Shown: positions 27,916 through 37,876, counted from the first letter of the stretch. The stretch is DNA of 64,000 nt from Bacteroidales bacterium (GCA_034679225.1 JAXDBC010000134.1:974-64973), one strand, 5' to 3'. Notes: generated from the sequence alone by a model not told the origin. Program-made: numbers and translations.

Positions 27916-28917
27916 ATGAAAAGCCTTTGCGGACTTACAGCTTCAGAGATAGCTGAACTGGGGGAATGCACGGAGAGGCACTCCCTGGCTATAGCCAACT
28001 GGCTTTACAAGGGCAAGCCGGGAGGGATGGAGCTTATTCCGGATGTGCCCCGGAAGCTAAAGGAGAAACTGAAGGACATATCCTTTCCCGGTGTCTTCGC
28101 CCCGGTTTCATCTCTTGAATCTGCCGACGGGACCGTGAAATTCCTTTTCAGGAATGAAAGCGGACAGGAATTTGAGACCGTTCTGTTGCGCGATGCGAAG
28201 CGGACCACCGTATGCGTGTCGTCTCAATCGGGCTGCAGGATGGGATGCCCTTTCTGTGCCACAGGGAAGTACGGTTTCAGGGGCGATCTGTTGGTCAGGG
28301 ATATCCTGACACAGGTCCTTGCCCCGGGAATTGTAGGGAAAGTGACTCATGTGGTTTTCATGGGGATGGGAGAGCCGATGGACAATCTTGACATTGTACT
28401 CAGGGCTTGTGAAATCATGACAGCATCGTGGGGTATGGCAATAAGTCCAGGGAATATTACTGTTTCAACTGTCGGTATAACACCGGGTGTCAGAAAATAC
28501 CTGGAATCATGTGCCTGCAATCTGGCGCTCAGCCTTTTTTCGCCATTCCCGGAGGAAAGGATGAGATCGGTTCCGGCTGAGAAGAGCTATCCCGCACGGG
28601 AAATAATCGAGATGATGAAATTAGCCACTTCATTGAAAAAGAGGAGGATGAGTGTTGCCTATATTATGATCAGGGGTGTGAATGATACAACTGCTCATCT
28701 TGAAGCGTTGAAAGGACTTCTTCACGGGAGCGGTATCAGAGTGAACCTGCTGCCTTATCACCAGCTTGAAGGCGACCTTAACATCTCCTCCCCGACGGAG
28801 ACCATTAATAAATTCAGGCATGAGCTGGTAATTTCAGGCATTTCGGCATCTATCAGGAAGTCGAAAGGAGCAGACATAAGTGCTGCCTGCGGTCTTCTTG
28901 CCGCAGGACTCGGATAA
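27916..28917 (+). CDS. rlmN: RlmN-family radical SAM RNA methyltransferase (divergent)
   Basis: Motifs CVSSQSGCRMGCPFC, MGMGEP and DISAACGLL. ATG 27916 is preceded by TAAGGAGG. Confidence 0.8.
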   Translation: MKSLCGLTASEIAELGECTERHSLAIANWLYKGKPGGMELIPDVPRKLKEKLKDISFPGVFAPVSSLESADGTVKFLFRNESGQEFETVLLRDAKRTTVCVSSQSGCRMGCPFCATGKYGFRGDLLVRDILTQVLAPGIVGKVTHVVFMGMGEPMDNLDIVLRACEIMTASWGMAISPGNITVSTVGITPGVRKYLESCACNLALSLFSPFPEERMRSVPAEKSYPAREIIEMMKLATSLKKRRMSVAYIMIRGVNDTTAHLEALKGLLHGSGIRVNLLPYHQLEGDLNISSPTETINKFRHELVISGISASIRKSKGADISAACGLLAAGLG

Positions 28918-28919
28918 TC

Positions 28920-29444
28920 TCAGGCGTCCGGATTGATCAGCTGGAAAAGATGCTCATCCAGGTATCCTTCTTTCAGCCTGATCCAGTCATATCTTATCCC
29001 GGTTTGTTTGAAACCGGTTTTTATGAAAAGAGCCATACTTTCCTGATTATTCGACAGTATACTGCAGTGTAACTGATGAAGCCTAAGCTTCGTGAAGCTG
29101 TATTTAATCAGGCATTTCAGTGCCATTGTGGCAAATCCCCTTCTCCTGTATTCTTCGGCTGCAATCAGTATTCCCAGACCTGCCCTTCTGTGAAAAGGAT
29201 CATAATCAAACAGGTCGATAGTGCCTATTGTTCTGTTATCGGTAACATGGTCGATCATAAGGCGCAGTTGCCCGGTCTCTTGGATATCTTTATGCGAATT
29301 CTCTATGTAGCGTTTGAGAGTAAACCTGGAGAAAGGCGCCAGAGTGTTGCTAATAAGCCAGTTTGCCATGTCGTTCTCCCATTCATACAGCAACTCCAGG
29401 TCTTCCGGTTCAAGGGCTCTCAAGATTATTTCCCCGTACTTCAT
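28920..29444 (-). CDS. GNAT family N-acetyltransferase (RimJ/SpeG-like)
   Basis: Motifs LRALEPEDL, IGTIDL, YRRRGFA and NQESMALF..GF. Confidence 0.85.
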   Translation of the reverse strand: MKYGEIILRALEPEDLELLYEWENDMANWLISNTLAPFSRFTLKRYIENSHKDIQETGQLRLMIDHVTDNRTIGTIDLFDYDPFHRRAGLGILIAAEEYRRRGFATMALKCLIKYSFTKLRLHQLHCSILSNNQESMALFIKTGFKQTGIRYDWIRLKEGYLDEHLFQLINPDA

Positions 29445-29474
29445 CGAAATATATCAAGTATTAAGATAGCCGGT

Positions 29475-31985
29475 TTATCTGATGGAATTTACCTGCCTGA
29501 TAAAGGCGTCATCAAAATCTTTCTTTACTTCGATCAGAGCAGCTTTAGCGTCGGCAATGGATCTGAATTCTCCCCAGAGATATTTATAGAATCCGTCGTC
29601 GTCGGCAACTATTTCCCTTACGCCTTTATATCCCGGGAATATCCGGTCAATATCGATCGGGCTCCTGGTTGCTTTCAGCTGGATGGAGTAAACAAGCAAT
29701 GACTGCGTTGCTGTCGGTATTTTGACCGATTCACCATTGCTGGCAAGATTATTGAGTTCATACTGGTTGATAACATATGCGTTATCTAGTCCGAGTCCCT
29801 TCAGATAGCCAAGGTAAGTAACGGCATCCGACCTGTTGAAGAACACTCCGAGGGCATAGATATTTGCCGTATCTGTTTTTATGGTCCGGATAAACAGAAT
29901 TTCATCCTTAATAAGGTTGCTGAAATAGGATGAAGGCAGAACATCTTTGGTTTGCTGTAGCACAATGCTGTATTTGATTGAGCTTGGCTGCCTCAGGTGT
30001 CTTGGAGTATAGACTTCATGCCTGAGCACCACCCCTGTTCTCGGGTTGACAATCCCGAAGGTAACCCTTCTGTTGTATTTTCTTCCCTCAGGGTTGTCTG
30101 TTCCGTCAGGATTGGTATTGACGGCAACGAAATTAGATTCGCCGAAAGATTTCTTAATGAATTTGTTGCCATCGATGCCCGATTGTGTGAAGTAATCAAT
30201 CACAGCCTGTGCACGTTTATCTGCAAGTCTGGAGTTGTATTCGGTGCTCCCCTTTGAGTCGGTATATCCTGCAACCTCGATTGTAAGATCGGGGTATGTA
30301 ATAAAGATATTTTTAATCTCTTCTAGCGTTTGTTTTGCTTCGTTGTTAAGATTATATTCGTCAAAGCCAAAGAGCACATTCTGTATTGAAAGAAATTCGC
30401 CGGTATATACTTTTTCGGGTGCAAGTGACGGGTTCACTGCAAAGTATGCTCCGGTATAGTAGAGTGGCAGGTTAAGTGAGATTGTGTCGGTATTATATCC
30501 ATCGTGACTGATATATACCTCGTAGTCGCCGGGTTTTATATCGAATTTGAATGTGCCGTCGGGATTAACGGGGATATTCTGGATTACCTGATCGGTTTTG
30601 AGGTTTTTAAGTGTGATAAGAGAAAGCATCGGATTTACTTCCATCCCGTCCTCAAGGAGGATTGTTCCGGAGGCAGTTGTTATTTCATCAGCCGGATCGA
30701 TACCAACTATTGAGTAGATGTTTCTTCGGTTTGATTTGTTGTCAAAATGGCTGGCAACGAATCCGGGAGCATTATTGTTCAGGATGAAATGGCTGTTTTC
30801 CTGCACTGTATTGAATGAGTAGGGCATCCCTACCGGTTGGGTCCAAAAGCCTCCCCTGTCCTGTGATCTGAATACGTCGTGGCCGCCCATGGTAATATGA
30901 CCTACTGAGCTGAAAAGCAACGCGTTATTCTCAACATCAAAATATGGTGTGTCTTCGTCATAGGGAGTGTTGATGGTATTGCCAAGGTTAACAGGGGGTG
31001 CCCATGTTCCGTCAGCCTGCCTGGAAGATGACCAGATATCAAGATCACCCTCGCCGCCGGGCCTGTTGCTTGAGAAGTACATCGTCCGGCCGTCGGGTGT
31101 AATAAACCCGTGAGATTCCCAGTAGATGGAGTTAATCGGTTTGCCAACCGATTTTATTCTTGACCATGTGGTGTCGGTCCTTGTGCTGTAGTACAGGTTA
31201 CCGTCGCCTCCGTCATCCAGGTAAATGATAAGTGTTTTTCCGTCGCCGGTAATTGAATTCGAGTAGAATCTGTCAAAACCGCCAAGCTGCCTGGTAATGT
31301 TTGAAGGTCTTCCCCAGGTCTTGTTTTTGTAAGAGCAATAGATTTGAGTTTCTCCTTCGTTTTTAACGGTAAAGATGAACACCGAGTCGTTTTTTGCAAG
31401 CACCGGGTTGCAGGCTCCTGGGTAGTCAGCCAGCCAGGGAGCAAAGTATTCTGAAATCACCCTTACCGGTCTTTTCTTCATTTCCATCGCGTAGCGGCAG
31501 TTACGGATCTGAAGATCCACAAAGTCCATCTGGTATGTATCGGAAGGTGACAGTCTTTTCTTTAGATCGTTCAGGTAGCTGAGTGCCTGTTCGAGGCTGT
31601 CGCTCCTCTGGAATGCTATTGCCAGATACAGGTAGGTGTCGAGGCCTGCCTTGTCACCAGTCTGCCTGTATTCCTTTTCATTTGATACAACACCTCCGGC
31701 AGCCTTTTTCAGGAGCACCAGGGCTTCATCATTCTTACCCTCAAGGTTAAGGTAGCATATCCCGAGTTTGGCTGCAAGATTGTAGTTGTCGGGATACTGT
31801 TTGAGCAAGGGCTCATACATCGAAGCAGCCTTATAGTAGTTTTCATCATAGAGATAATACATATCTGCATTTTTGAAAGCCCTCTGAAATTCCTTTAAAG
31901 GCATTTGCTGCGCGCTCAGGGCTGCAAAACCACTTAGCAGAACCGCGATGATGATATATTTCTTGAAGGGGAGAAAGTGTTTCAT
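29475..31985 (-). CDS. TPR + PD40 beta-propeller + OmpA-like domain protein with C-terminal SPOR-like repeats (PorE-like)
   Basis: SPI signal ending in AQQ, PD40 motifs (YFSSNRPGG, INTPYDEDTP) and OmpA motif GYTDSKG..YN..LA..RA..GRKYNRRV. Start taken at ATG 31985. Confidence 0.8.
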   Translation of the reverse strand: MKHFLPFKKYIIIAVLLSGFAALSAQQMPLKEFQRAFKNADMYYLYDENYYKAASMYEPLLKQYPDNYNLAAKLGICYLNLEGKNDEALVLLKKAAGGVVSNEKEYRQTGDKAGLDTYLYLAIAFQRSDSLEQALSYLNDLKKRLSPSDTYQMDFVDLQIRNCRYAMEMKKRPVRVISEYFAPWLADYPGACNPVLAKNDSVFIFTVKNEGETQIYCSYKNKTWGRPSNITRQLGGFDRFYSNSITGDGKTLIIYLDDGGDGNLYYSTRTDTTWSRIKSVGKPINSIYWESHGFITPDGRTMYFSSNRPGGEGDLDIWSSSRQADGTWAPPVNLGNTINTPYDEDTPYFDVENNALLFSSVGHITMGGHDVFRSQDRGGFWTQPVGMPYSFNTVQENSHFILNNNAPGFVASHFDNKSNRRNIYSIVGIDPADEITTASGTILLEDGMEVNPMLSLITLKNLKTDQVIQNIPVNPDGTFKFDIKPGDYEVYISHDGYNTDTISLNLPLYYTGAYFAVNPSLAPEKVYTGEFLSIQNVLFGFDEYNLNNEAKQTLEEIKNIFITYPDLTIEVAGYTDSKGSTEYNSRLADKRAQAVIDYFTQSGIDGNKFIKKSFGESNFVAVNTNPDGTDNPEGRKYNRRVTFGIVNPRTGVVLRHEVYTPRHLRQPSSIKYSIVLQQTKDVLPSSYFSNLIKDEILFIRTIKTDTANIYALGVFFNRSDAVTYLGYLKGLGLDNAYVINQYELNNLASNGESVKIPTATQSLLVYSIQLKATRSPIDIDRIFPGYKGVREIVADDDGFYKYLWGEFRSIADAKAALIEVKKDFDDAFIRQVNSIR

Positions 31986-32075
31986 CTTATTGCAAATTAT
32001 AAATGACAATAAATATATTACAAAACTGTAGAAAAATTCCGCGCTTTTAGCAAAAACTATAAAGAGTAAATTTAG

Positions 32076-34262
32076 TTATTTATTCAGAAGAATACTAATC
32101 TCTCTTACGAAGGCATCGCTGAAATCCAGGAATTCATTTCTCTTCATAGCTGTTTTTGCCTCCTCTGCAGTAGAATAGGTGCCATAAAGGTAATGATACA
32201 TCCCGTCAATTTCTTGGGTCTCCCTCACACCCTTCAGCCCGCGGAATGTCGTATTGATATCCAGTGGCACGCTTGTAGCTTTCAATTGGATGGAATAGTA
32301 TATTTTGCTGAATACATTATTTTCACTGGAGCCACGGGTAACTTTCTTGACAAATAGGTCAGCGGGATATCCAAGACTGATCAGCATGTCGCGGTGGGCA
32401 TAGGCGTCATTTTTATTCTTGAAGACGCCTGTTGTGTATCTGTAGAAGAAGTCGTTCTCGTTGAAAAACACCCTTATATCGTCGACATGCTTGAAGTAAC
32501 TGATATCAACCGGATTATAAAGCGCCATGACCTGCACTGTGTAGTAAAGGATACTTGTATCCTGCAGATCGCTGTCTGTCACATCATATACCCGCAGGTC
32601 CTTTATGAGAATACCTGGATCGATATGATCCACGACCGGGATATCCGACAAGTCAATCCTTTCACCAAGTGGCGGATTTTTGTCGAGGATTATATCATCA
32701 AGCCTTATCAGGCCCGGAGGCGTGGCAATTGCAATTGATGTATCCTGATGCTGAGAATAGTACTCGGGAGCAGTATAGATCAGGCGGTAGCTGCCGGGTG
32801 CAGTCATGAAGCTGTAATCTCCTGTAGAGCTCTCGGGGTATCCTGTATCGATGGTGTCGCCTGAAACCTTGTCGATAAGATAAATGGCATTGTTTTCATT
32901 GAATTCGGCAATGGTATCCTTCAGACTGTATTTTCCCGACAGCTCGTACACCCTGTTCAGTCTCTGGTTGGTAAGGGTAATATAGAAGATTTCCTTTTTC
33001 TTGTAATCGGTGTTTATTGAATAGAATCCATTCTCATCGTTATTGAAGGGCTGGAAGAACCTGTCATCATCAGTTGTGTTTACGGGGAAGCCAAGGTTCT
33101 CGGGAATGCTCCACGTTTTATCTTTTCCGCGGCTCCGGTAAATGTCGAATCCTCCCATGCCGCTGTGTCCTTCAGAAGAGAAGTACAGTATGGAATCATT
33201 AAAGGTTATAAAAGGAGTGTCCTCGTTATAGATGGTGTTGACAGAGGAGCCAAGGTTTACAGCGGGCCCCCAGTCGTCGGAAGCATCCTTTTCGGAAAGG
33301 TAGATATCGAGTCCTCCATATCCTCCGTCACGGTTACTTGTGAAATAAAGCCTTTTCCCATCCTGAGATACTGAGGCATGCGATTCGTAGTATTTTGTAT
33401 TTATGTTCTTGTTAAGCTTTGTTATCGGAGTCCAGGAACCATTTACATACTGTGATGAATAGATATTCCCATCGAAATTGTCGGTTTTATACAGGAATAG
33501 GATGGTGCCGTCGCTGTTAAGGGAGCAGGACGAACAATCGTCTCCTGAATTGAGCTGGGAGTTTATTTCCACCGGAGCCTGCCATTTGCCGTTTATCTTT
33601 CTGGAGAACATGATAGCATTGATAATTCCCCTTCGTTCAGTGTAAACGATGGTGTTCCCGTCAAAACTGACTGCCGGGTTTTCATTCAGGGATCCCCTGC
33701 TGAACTGCTGTCCCAGCCTTTGCTTGCTTATCCTGTCAGGATCCTCCTGGTTGTTAATGGCATTGTTGCATGCCTCGATCTGCTGGTCAATGTAAGTGAT
33801 GTTCTTCATTCTTGCCCTGACTTCGTTTTCCCCGGTCAGGCTTTTGAACTTGTTAAAGGTGCTGCGCGCTTTCTCAAGATCATTATTGATCATATATGCC
33901 TTTGCAAGAAAGAACCAGGAGTCGAGGGGAGCTCTTTTTTCCTTGAAGGAATTGATTTTAGCGTTGAAAGAAGAATTCTTCACAGCTGCCTCAAGATAGG
34001 GGATTGATCTTTCTTTTTCTCCCGGTATATTAAGGTAGCATGTGCCTATTTTATACTTTATGTTGTAGTTGTCATCTGTTTCAAGGAGAATGTAGAGTGG
34101 ATTGGCAAGTTCCCATTCATCGTAGAGGTAACGCGACTCAGCCTCAGTAAAAATCTTTCTTTGTTCGGTTTTCGATTGCGCGGATGCAACAAACGAAAAA
34201 ACTACCAGAAATATGAGCTGCAGTAGAACTTTAAATATGCTTTTCCTATCTCTAATCATCAA
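32076..34262 (-). CDS. TPR + PD40 protein with C-terminal SPOR-like repeats; tandem paralog lacking the OmpA domain
   Basis: Signal ending in SAQ, motifs YFTSNRDGGYGG and VNTIYNEDTP, and C-terminal YYTVQVMAL and YSIQLKAT repeats. Confidence 0.75.
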   Translation of the reverse strand: MMIRDRKSIFKVLLQLIFLVVFSFVASAQSKTEQRKIFTEAESRYLYDEWELANPLYILLETDDNYNIKYKIGTCYLNIPGEKERSIPYLEAAVKNSSFNAKINSFKEKRAPLDSWFFLAKAYMINNDLEKARSTFNKFKSLTGENEVRARMKNITYIDQQIEACNNAINNQEDPDRISKQRLGQQFSRGSLNENPAVSFDGNTIVYTERRGIINAIMFSRKINGKWQAPVEINSQLNSGDDCSSCSLNSDGTILFLYKTDNFDGNIYSSQYVNGSWTPITKLNKNINTKYYESHASVSQDGKRLYFTSNRDGGYGGLDIYLSEKDASDDWGPAVNLGSSVNTIYNEDTPFITFNDSILYFSSEGHSGMGGFDIYRSRGKDKTWSIPENLGFPVNTTDDDRFFQPFNNDENGFYSINTDYKKKEIFYITLTNQRLNRVYELSGKYSLKDTIAEFNENNAIYLIDKVSGDTIDTGYPESSTGDYSFMTAPGSYRLIYTAPEYYSQHQDTSIAIATPPGLIRLDDIILDKNPPLGERIDLSDIPVVDHIDPGILIKDLRVYDVTDSDLQDTSILYYTVQVMALYNPVDISYFKHVDDIRVFFNENDFFYRYTTGVFKNKNDAYAHRDMLISLGYPADLFVKKVTRGSSENNVFSKIYYSIQLKATSVPLDINTTFRGLKGVRETQEIDGMYHYLYGTYSTAEEAKTAMKRNEFLDFSDAFVREISILLNK

Positions 34263-34264
34263 AA

Positions 34265-34272
34265 CAAATATA
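34265..34272 (-). promoter_or_regulatory. Possible -7 element (TATATTTG on minus strand)
   Basis: CAAATATA on the plus strand, very close to the annotated start, so the assignment is uncertain. Confidence 0.3.
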
Positions 34273-34460
34273 ACAAATTTGCAAAATATACTTCATCATG
34301 TCTTTTATTTTTATACGGCATAAAGGAATTGTGGTTTAATGTCGTTTGAAAGAACTTCAGACCTGTCCGGAACTGTAATTTCCGGGTGCTATGATGTTTA
34401 ATCCGGTCTTTTTCATATTTGTCGAATCAATAATTATCAGGAAATTATGCATGAATGATT

Positions 34461-35075
34461 CTACTGTTGATAGGGATTTCTGTTGTTTATAGCTCTTCCA
34501 AGGGTTATCTCGTCAGTGTATTCAAGCTCATCGCCTACTGCCACTCCTCTGGCCAGAGTAGTCAGCAGGATGTCGTACTTGTTCAACCTGCGGTAAAGAT
34601 AAAAATTGGTGGTATCTCCTTCCATGGTTGTACTCAGTGCCATGATCACCTCTTTGATACCTCCTTCCTTTACCTTTTCCTCGAGAGAATCAATCCACAG
34701 ATCGGCAGGTCCTATTCCGTCGACTGGTGAGATCACACCTCCGAGAACATGGTAGATTCCCCTGAACTGCCGGGTGTTTTCAACAGCCATAACATCCTGG
34801 ATGTTTTCAACGACACAGACTATTGAACTGTCTCTCCCGGAATCGCTGCAAATGGAACAGGTTTCCGAGTCGGATATGCTGTGACACGATTTGCAGTAGT
34901 GGATTTCACTACGAAGCTTAATAATACTTTCTCCGAATTTCTTCACTTCCCCCGGGTCCCTTTTGAGAAGGTTCAGGACAAGTCTGAAAGCTGTCTTTCG
35001 TCCGATTCCGGGAAGTGAAGCAAATTCATTGACAGCATTTTCAAGAAGCTTTGAAGGATATTCGGAGAAACTCAT
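34461..35075 (-). CDS. recR: Recombination mediator RecR
   Basis: Hh[13 protein letters not shown]4 zinc finger, Toprim YHVLGG and EGDTT. Confidence 0.96.
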   Translation of the reverse strand: MSFSEYPSKLLENAVNEFASLPGIGRKTAFRLVLNLLKRDPGEVKKFGESIIKLRSEIHYCKSCHSISDSETCSICSDSGRDSSIVCVVENIQDVMAVENTRQFRGIYHVLGGVISPVDGIGPADLWIDSLEEKVKEGGIKEVIMALSTTMEGDTTNFYLYRRLNKYDILLTTLARGVAVGDELEYTDEITLGRAINNRNPYQQ

Positions 35076-35089
35076 GGATGATTTTTCTG

Positions 35090-35097
35090 CAAAAGTA
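35090..35097 (-). promoter_or_regulatory. -7 element (TACTTTTG on minus strand) for recR
   Basis: CAAAAGTA on the plus strand, 15 nt upstream of the start. Confidence 0.5.
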
Positions 35098-35183
35098 GCC
35101 CAATTATAGCCTTAAATTAAACCTTTTCCTGATTTTTTGTCTTCCTTTCTTTTTGTTATCCTTGCATCTTTATTCGTGAAAGC

Positions 35184-36650
35184 ATGAACCCTACTCTGAT
35201 CCTGCTGATTTTTCTGGCTTACACCGCCTTGTTGTTTGTGGTTACGTGGCTAACAGCCCGTAAGGCAAACAATCAGTCGTTTTATATAGGCAACAGGGTA
35301 TCGCCCTGGTTCGTTGTGGCTTACGGAATGATAGGCGCTTCCCTTTCGGGGGTGACCTTCATGTCGGTACCCGGATGGGTTAAGGACACCCAGTTCAGTT
35401 ATATGCTGGTGGTGTTCGGTTATCTCTTCGGTTACCTGGTGATCGCGACAGTGTTGCTGCCCTTGTATTACAGGTTGCGGCTGACATCGATTTACACTTA
35501 TCTGGAGCAGCGCTTCGGTCATTTTTCATATAAAACCGGGGCTGCATTCTTCATTCTTTCCAGGGTTTTAGGTGCATCGCTCCGGATGTTTCTTGTGATC
35601 AATGTACTGCAATTATTTGTTTTCGATGCATGGAATATTCCCTTCTGGGTTAACGTATTGATTTTCATTCTGCTGATCATTATTTATACCCTTAAGGGCG
35701 GTATCAGGACCATAGTGTGGACCGATACCCTGCAGACCACATTCATGCTGCTGGCAGTTGTGCTGTCAGTGATTTACATAAGCAGGGCACTTGGAGAGCC
35801 GGTTTTGAAACTTGCCGGATCGGTATGGCAGAGCCCGATGTCGACCATGTTTATAACTGACTGGCATAGTGAAAGATTTTTTCTGAAACAGTTTCTGAGC
35901 GGTATGTTTATAACCATTTCCATGACAGGACTTGACCAGGAGATGATGCAGAAGAATCTGAGCTGCAGGAATCTCAGGGAAGCGCAGAAGAATATGTTCA
36001 CATTCAGTGGAATAACCGTCCTGGTTAATTTCCTTTTCCTAATCCTGGGTGCATTCCTCCTGTTATATGCTCAGAGCAGGAATATAAGCGTTGCAATGAG
36101 TGATGACCTGTTTCCGACTATAGCTTTCAATTATCTGGGTCCGGTAGCTGGAATAGTATTTCTCATAGGACTTATTTCAGCTGCATTTCCGAGTGCCGAT
36201 GGCGCCCTGACATCTCTTACCACATCGGTGAGCATTGATCTTCTGGGCCTGGAGAAAAAGGAGCACCTGACAGAGAAGGCAAAGACGAGGACCAGATATG
36301 CGGTTCACATCACTATCGCGGCGATATTCTTTATTTGTGTGCTTATATTCAGGGTGCTTAATGACAGGGCTATCATCGACAAGCTTTTCACGATAGCCGG
36401 TTATACCTATGGCCCGCTGCTGGGGATGTATACTTTCGGGCTCTTCACCAGGAGAAGTGTAAGGGACAGGGTGACTCCTCTGATTGCAATACTTTCACCG
36501 GTAATTTGTTACCTGTTGAGTACTTATTCGGAGGTCTTGTTCAATGGTTACAAATTCGGATTCGAATTACTGTTGGTGAACGGCTTCATCACCTTTATGG
36601 GCTTATGGTTTTTCAGCAGGAAGCCCCTTGCTGAAGCGGCCGGCAGATGA
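35184..36650 (+). CDS. Sodium:solute symporter (SSS family)
   Basis: Motifs SGVTFMSVPG, SIYTYLEQRFG, GGIRTIVWTDTLQ and GLDQEMMQK. Confidence 0.9.
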   Translation: MNPTLILLIFLAYTALLFVVTWLTARKANNQSFYIGNRVSPWFVVAYGMIGASLSGVTFMSVPGWVKDTQFSYMLVVFGYLFGYLVIATVLLPLYYRLRLTSIYTYLEQRFGHFSYKTGAAFFILSRVLGASLRMFLVINVLQLFVFDAWNIPFWVNVLIFILLIIIYTLKGGIRTIVWTDTLQTTFMLLAVVLSVIYISRALGEPVLKLAGSVWQSPMSTMFITDWHSERFFLKQFLSGMFITISMTGLDQEMMQKNLSCRNLREAQKNMFTFSGITVLVNFLFLILGAFLLLYAQSRNISVAMSDDLFPTIAFNYLGPVAGIVFLIGLISAAFPSADGALTSLTTSVSIDLLGLEKKEHLTEKAKTRTRYAVHITIAAIFFICVLIFRVLNDRAIIDKLFTIAGYTYGPLLGMYTFGLFTRRSVRDRVTPLIAILSPVICYLLSTYSEVLFNGYKFGFELLLVNGFITFMGLWFFSRKPLAEAAGR

Positions 36651-36680
36651 ATTCCGGAAAGTAAAAAAGCAGGTTGATTG

Positions 36681-37427
36681 TCAGAAGCCGATTCTCTGCT
36701 GTCCGGTTGAGACATCGGTTTCTTCATCTTCCTCATCCTCTTCAGAGGGCTCCGGCTTAATAATAACAGTTTTGGTCCGGTAGGGTATGTTCCATGTTAT
36801 GAAGTAGCTAATCCCGGCATTTGTCATTCTGCCTCCGTTCCCGTATCCCGGAACGGAAATGGGTTTAAGATGTTTTCCTCCTCCGCCTGAAAGAAGCAGT
36901 TTCAACCTTATTGTCCAGCCCATGCTGAAGTTTTTAAAGACCTCAGTTTTGACTCCCGGGGCAACTTCAATATAATGAGCGAACACTTTTTTAGCAGGTA
37001 TTGATGAAAGCGTTTCGCCCCAGTAATTTTCATGCCTGAAGGCAGTGGTTCGCGAATCGAAAATACTCATGCCATATCTGAATCCAAGCCCTGCCCAGTA
37101 TTTTCCCCCGGCCTTATCGGGTTTGAGGAGGTTAAGGTCAATGCCAAGCCGGGCAAAGGCTCCGCGGCTGTTATAGTCGTAATTGTATTGAGAGTACTTA
37201 TAATCAGAGTAACCGCTTTCCAGGACATAAGTCATTTTTTCGTTCCTGTCATATGAAATAAAGCCCTCCATACTCATATTGTTCTTGTCGTTAAGATAGA
37301 AACCGGGTCCGATCAGGTCAAATCCGGCCCTGATCTTCAGCGGAAAGAGAACCGTATCCTGAGCCCTCAGACCCTGCATATCAATGATAAGGAGCAGGCT
37401 AATAAAATATACGAATATTTTCCTCAT
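36681..37427 (-). CDS. Exported protein, probable outer-membrane beta-barrel (DUF6048-like)
   Basis: Signal peptide, alternating beta-strands, VPGYG motif and an acidic tail. The family call is from recall. Confidence 0.55.
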   Translation of the reverse strand: MRKIFVYFISLLLIIDMQGLRAQDTVLFPLKIRAGFDLIGPGFYLNDKNNMSMEGFISYDRNEKMTYVLESGYSDYKYSQYNYDYNSRGAFARLGIDLNLLKPDKAGGKYWAGLGFRYGMSIFDSRTTAFRHENYWGETLSSIPAKKVFAHYIEVAPGVKTEVFKNFSMGWTIRLKLLLSGGGGKHLKPISVPGYGNGGRMTNAGISYFITWNIPYRTKTVIIKPEPSEEDEEDEETDVSTGQQRIGF

Positions 37428-37863
37428 TCGCTGTTGTTACGTTATCGGAACTTTTATAGATATAAAATGAATCATTTTTGCAGAAGAACGTGTCGAGCCT
37501 GTGGTAAAAAGAATATCCGCACTCTTTTGAGATCAGATGGGGGTAGCTTGTATAGGTGAAACTGATCGTGTCGCTTACATCGTTTATTTTTATTACAAAC
37601 GAACATGTTCCGGCAGAAGCATCAAGCGGCAGCAGGCAGGGCTGCACACCTGACTGTTTGTTATACAGCTTGTCCTGGATGCCTATACCGGTCACGGTAA
37701 GGCTGTCGGGAGTCATTTTTTCCTTGGTTTCGTTGCTGTAGAAAGTTGCCTTGAGAAAAGCGTTCGTCTCTTCGAAGCATGCTTCAGGGTTGCAAGAGAT
37801 GAACACTGCCGGCAAGGCTGCCAGGAACAGGAATAATATGAATAGCCTATGTTTTATCCGCAT
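37399..37863 (-). CDS. Small lipoprotein (DUF6452-like)
   Basis: Lipobox FISC-x4-C and motifs LPLD, DTISFTY and SKECG. The family call is from recall. Confidence 0.55.
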   Translation of the reverse strand: MRIKHRLFILFLFLAALPAVFISCNPEACFEETNAFLKATFYSNETKEKMTPDSLTVTGIGIQDKLYNKQSGVQPCLLPLDASAGTCSFVIKINDVSDTISFTYTSYPHLISKECGYSFYHRLDTFFCKNDSFYIYKSSDNVTTANEENIRIFY

Positions 37864-37876
37864 ATTATTTTGTATT

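Noticed and set aside
27916-28917. Cfr-type antibiotic resistance methyltransferase
   Set aside because: It has the RlmN-type MGMGEP and CVSSQ motifs and a chromosomal housekeeping context, with no mobile element.
34273-34460. Riboswitch in the recR downstream intergenic region (CCGGAA..TTCCGG hairpin, AACTGTAA resembling a cobalamin box)
   Set aside because: Only a 6-bp stem is present. The other conserved cobalamin riboswitch elements are missing, and the orientation does not fit the downstream gene.
34455-34730. 91-aa ORF with a signal-like N-terminus
   Set aside because: It lies almost entirely antisense to recR.
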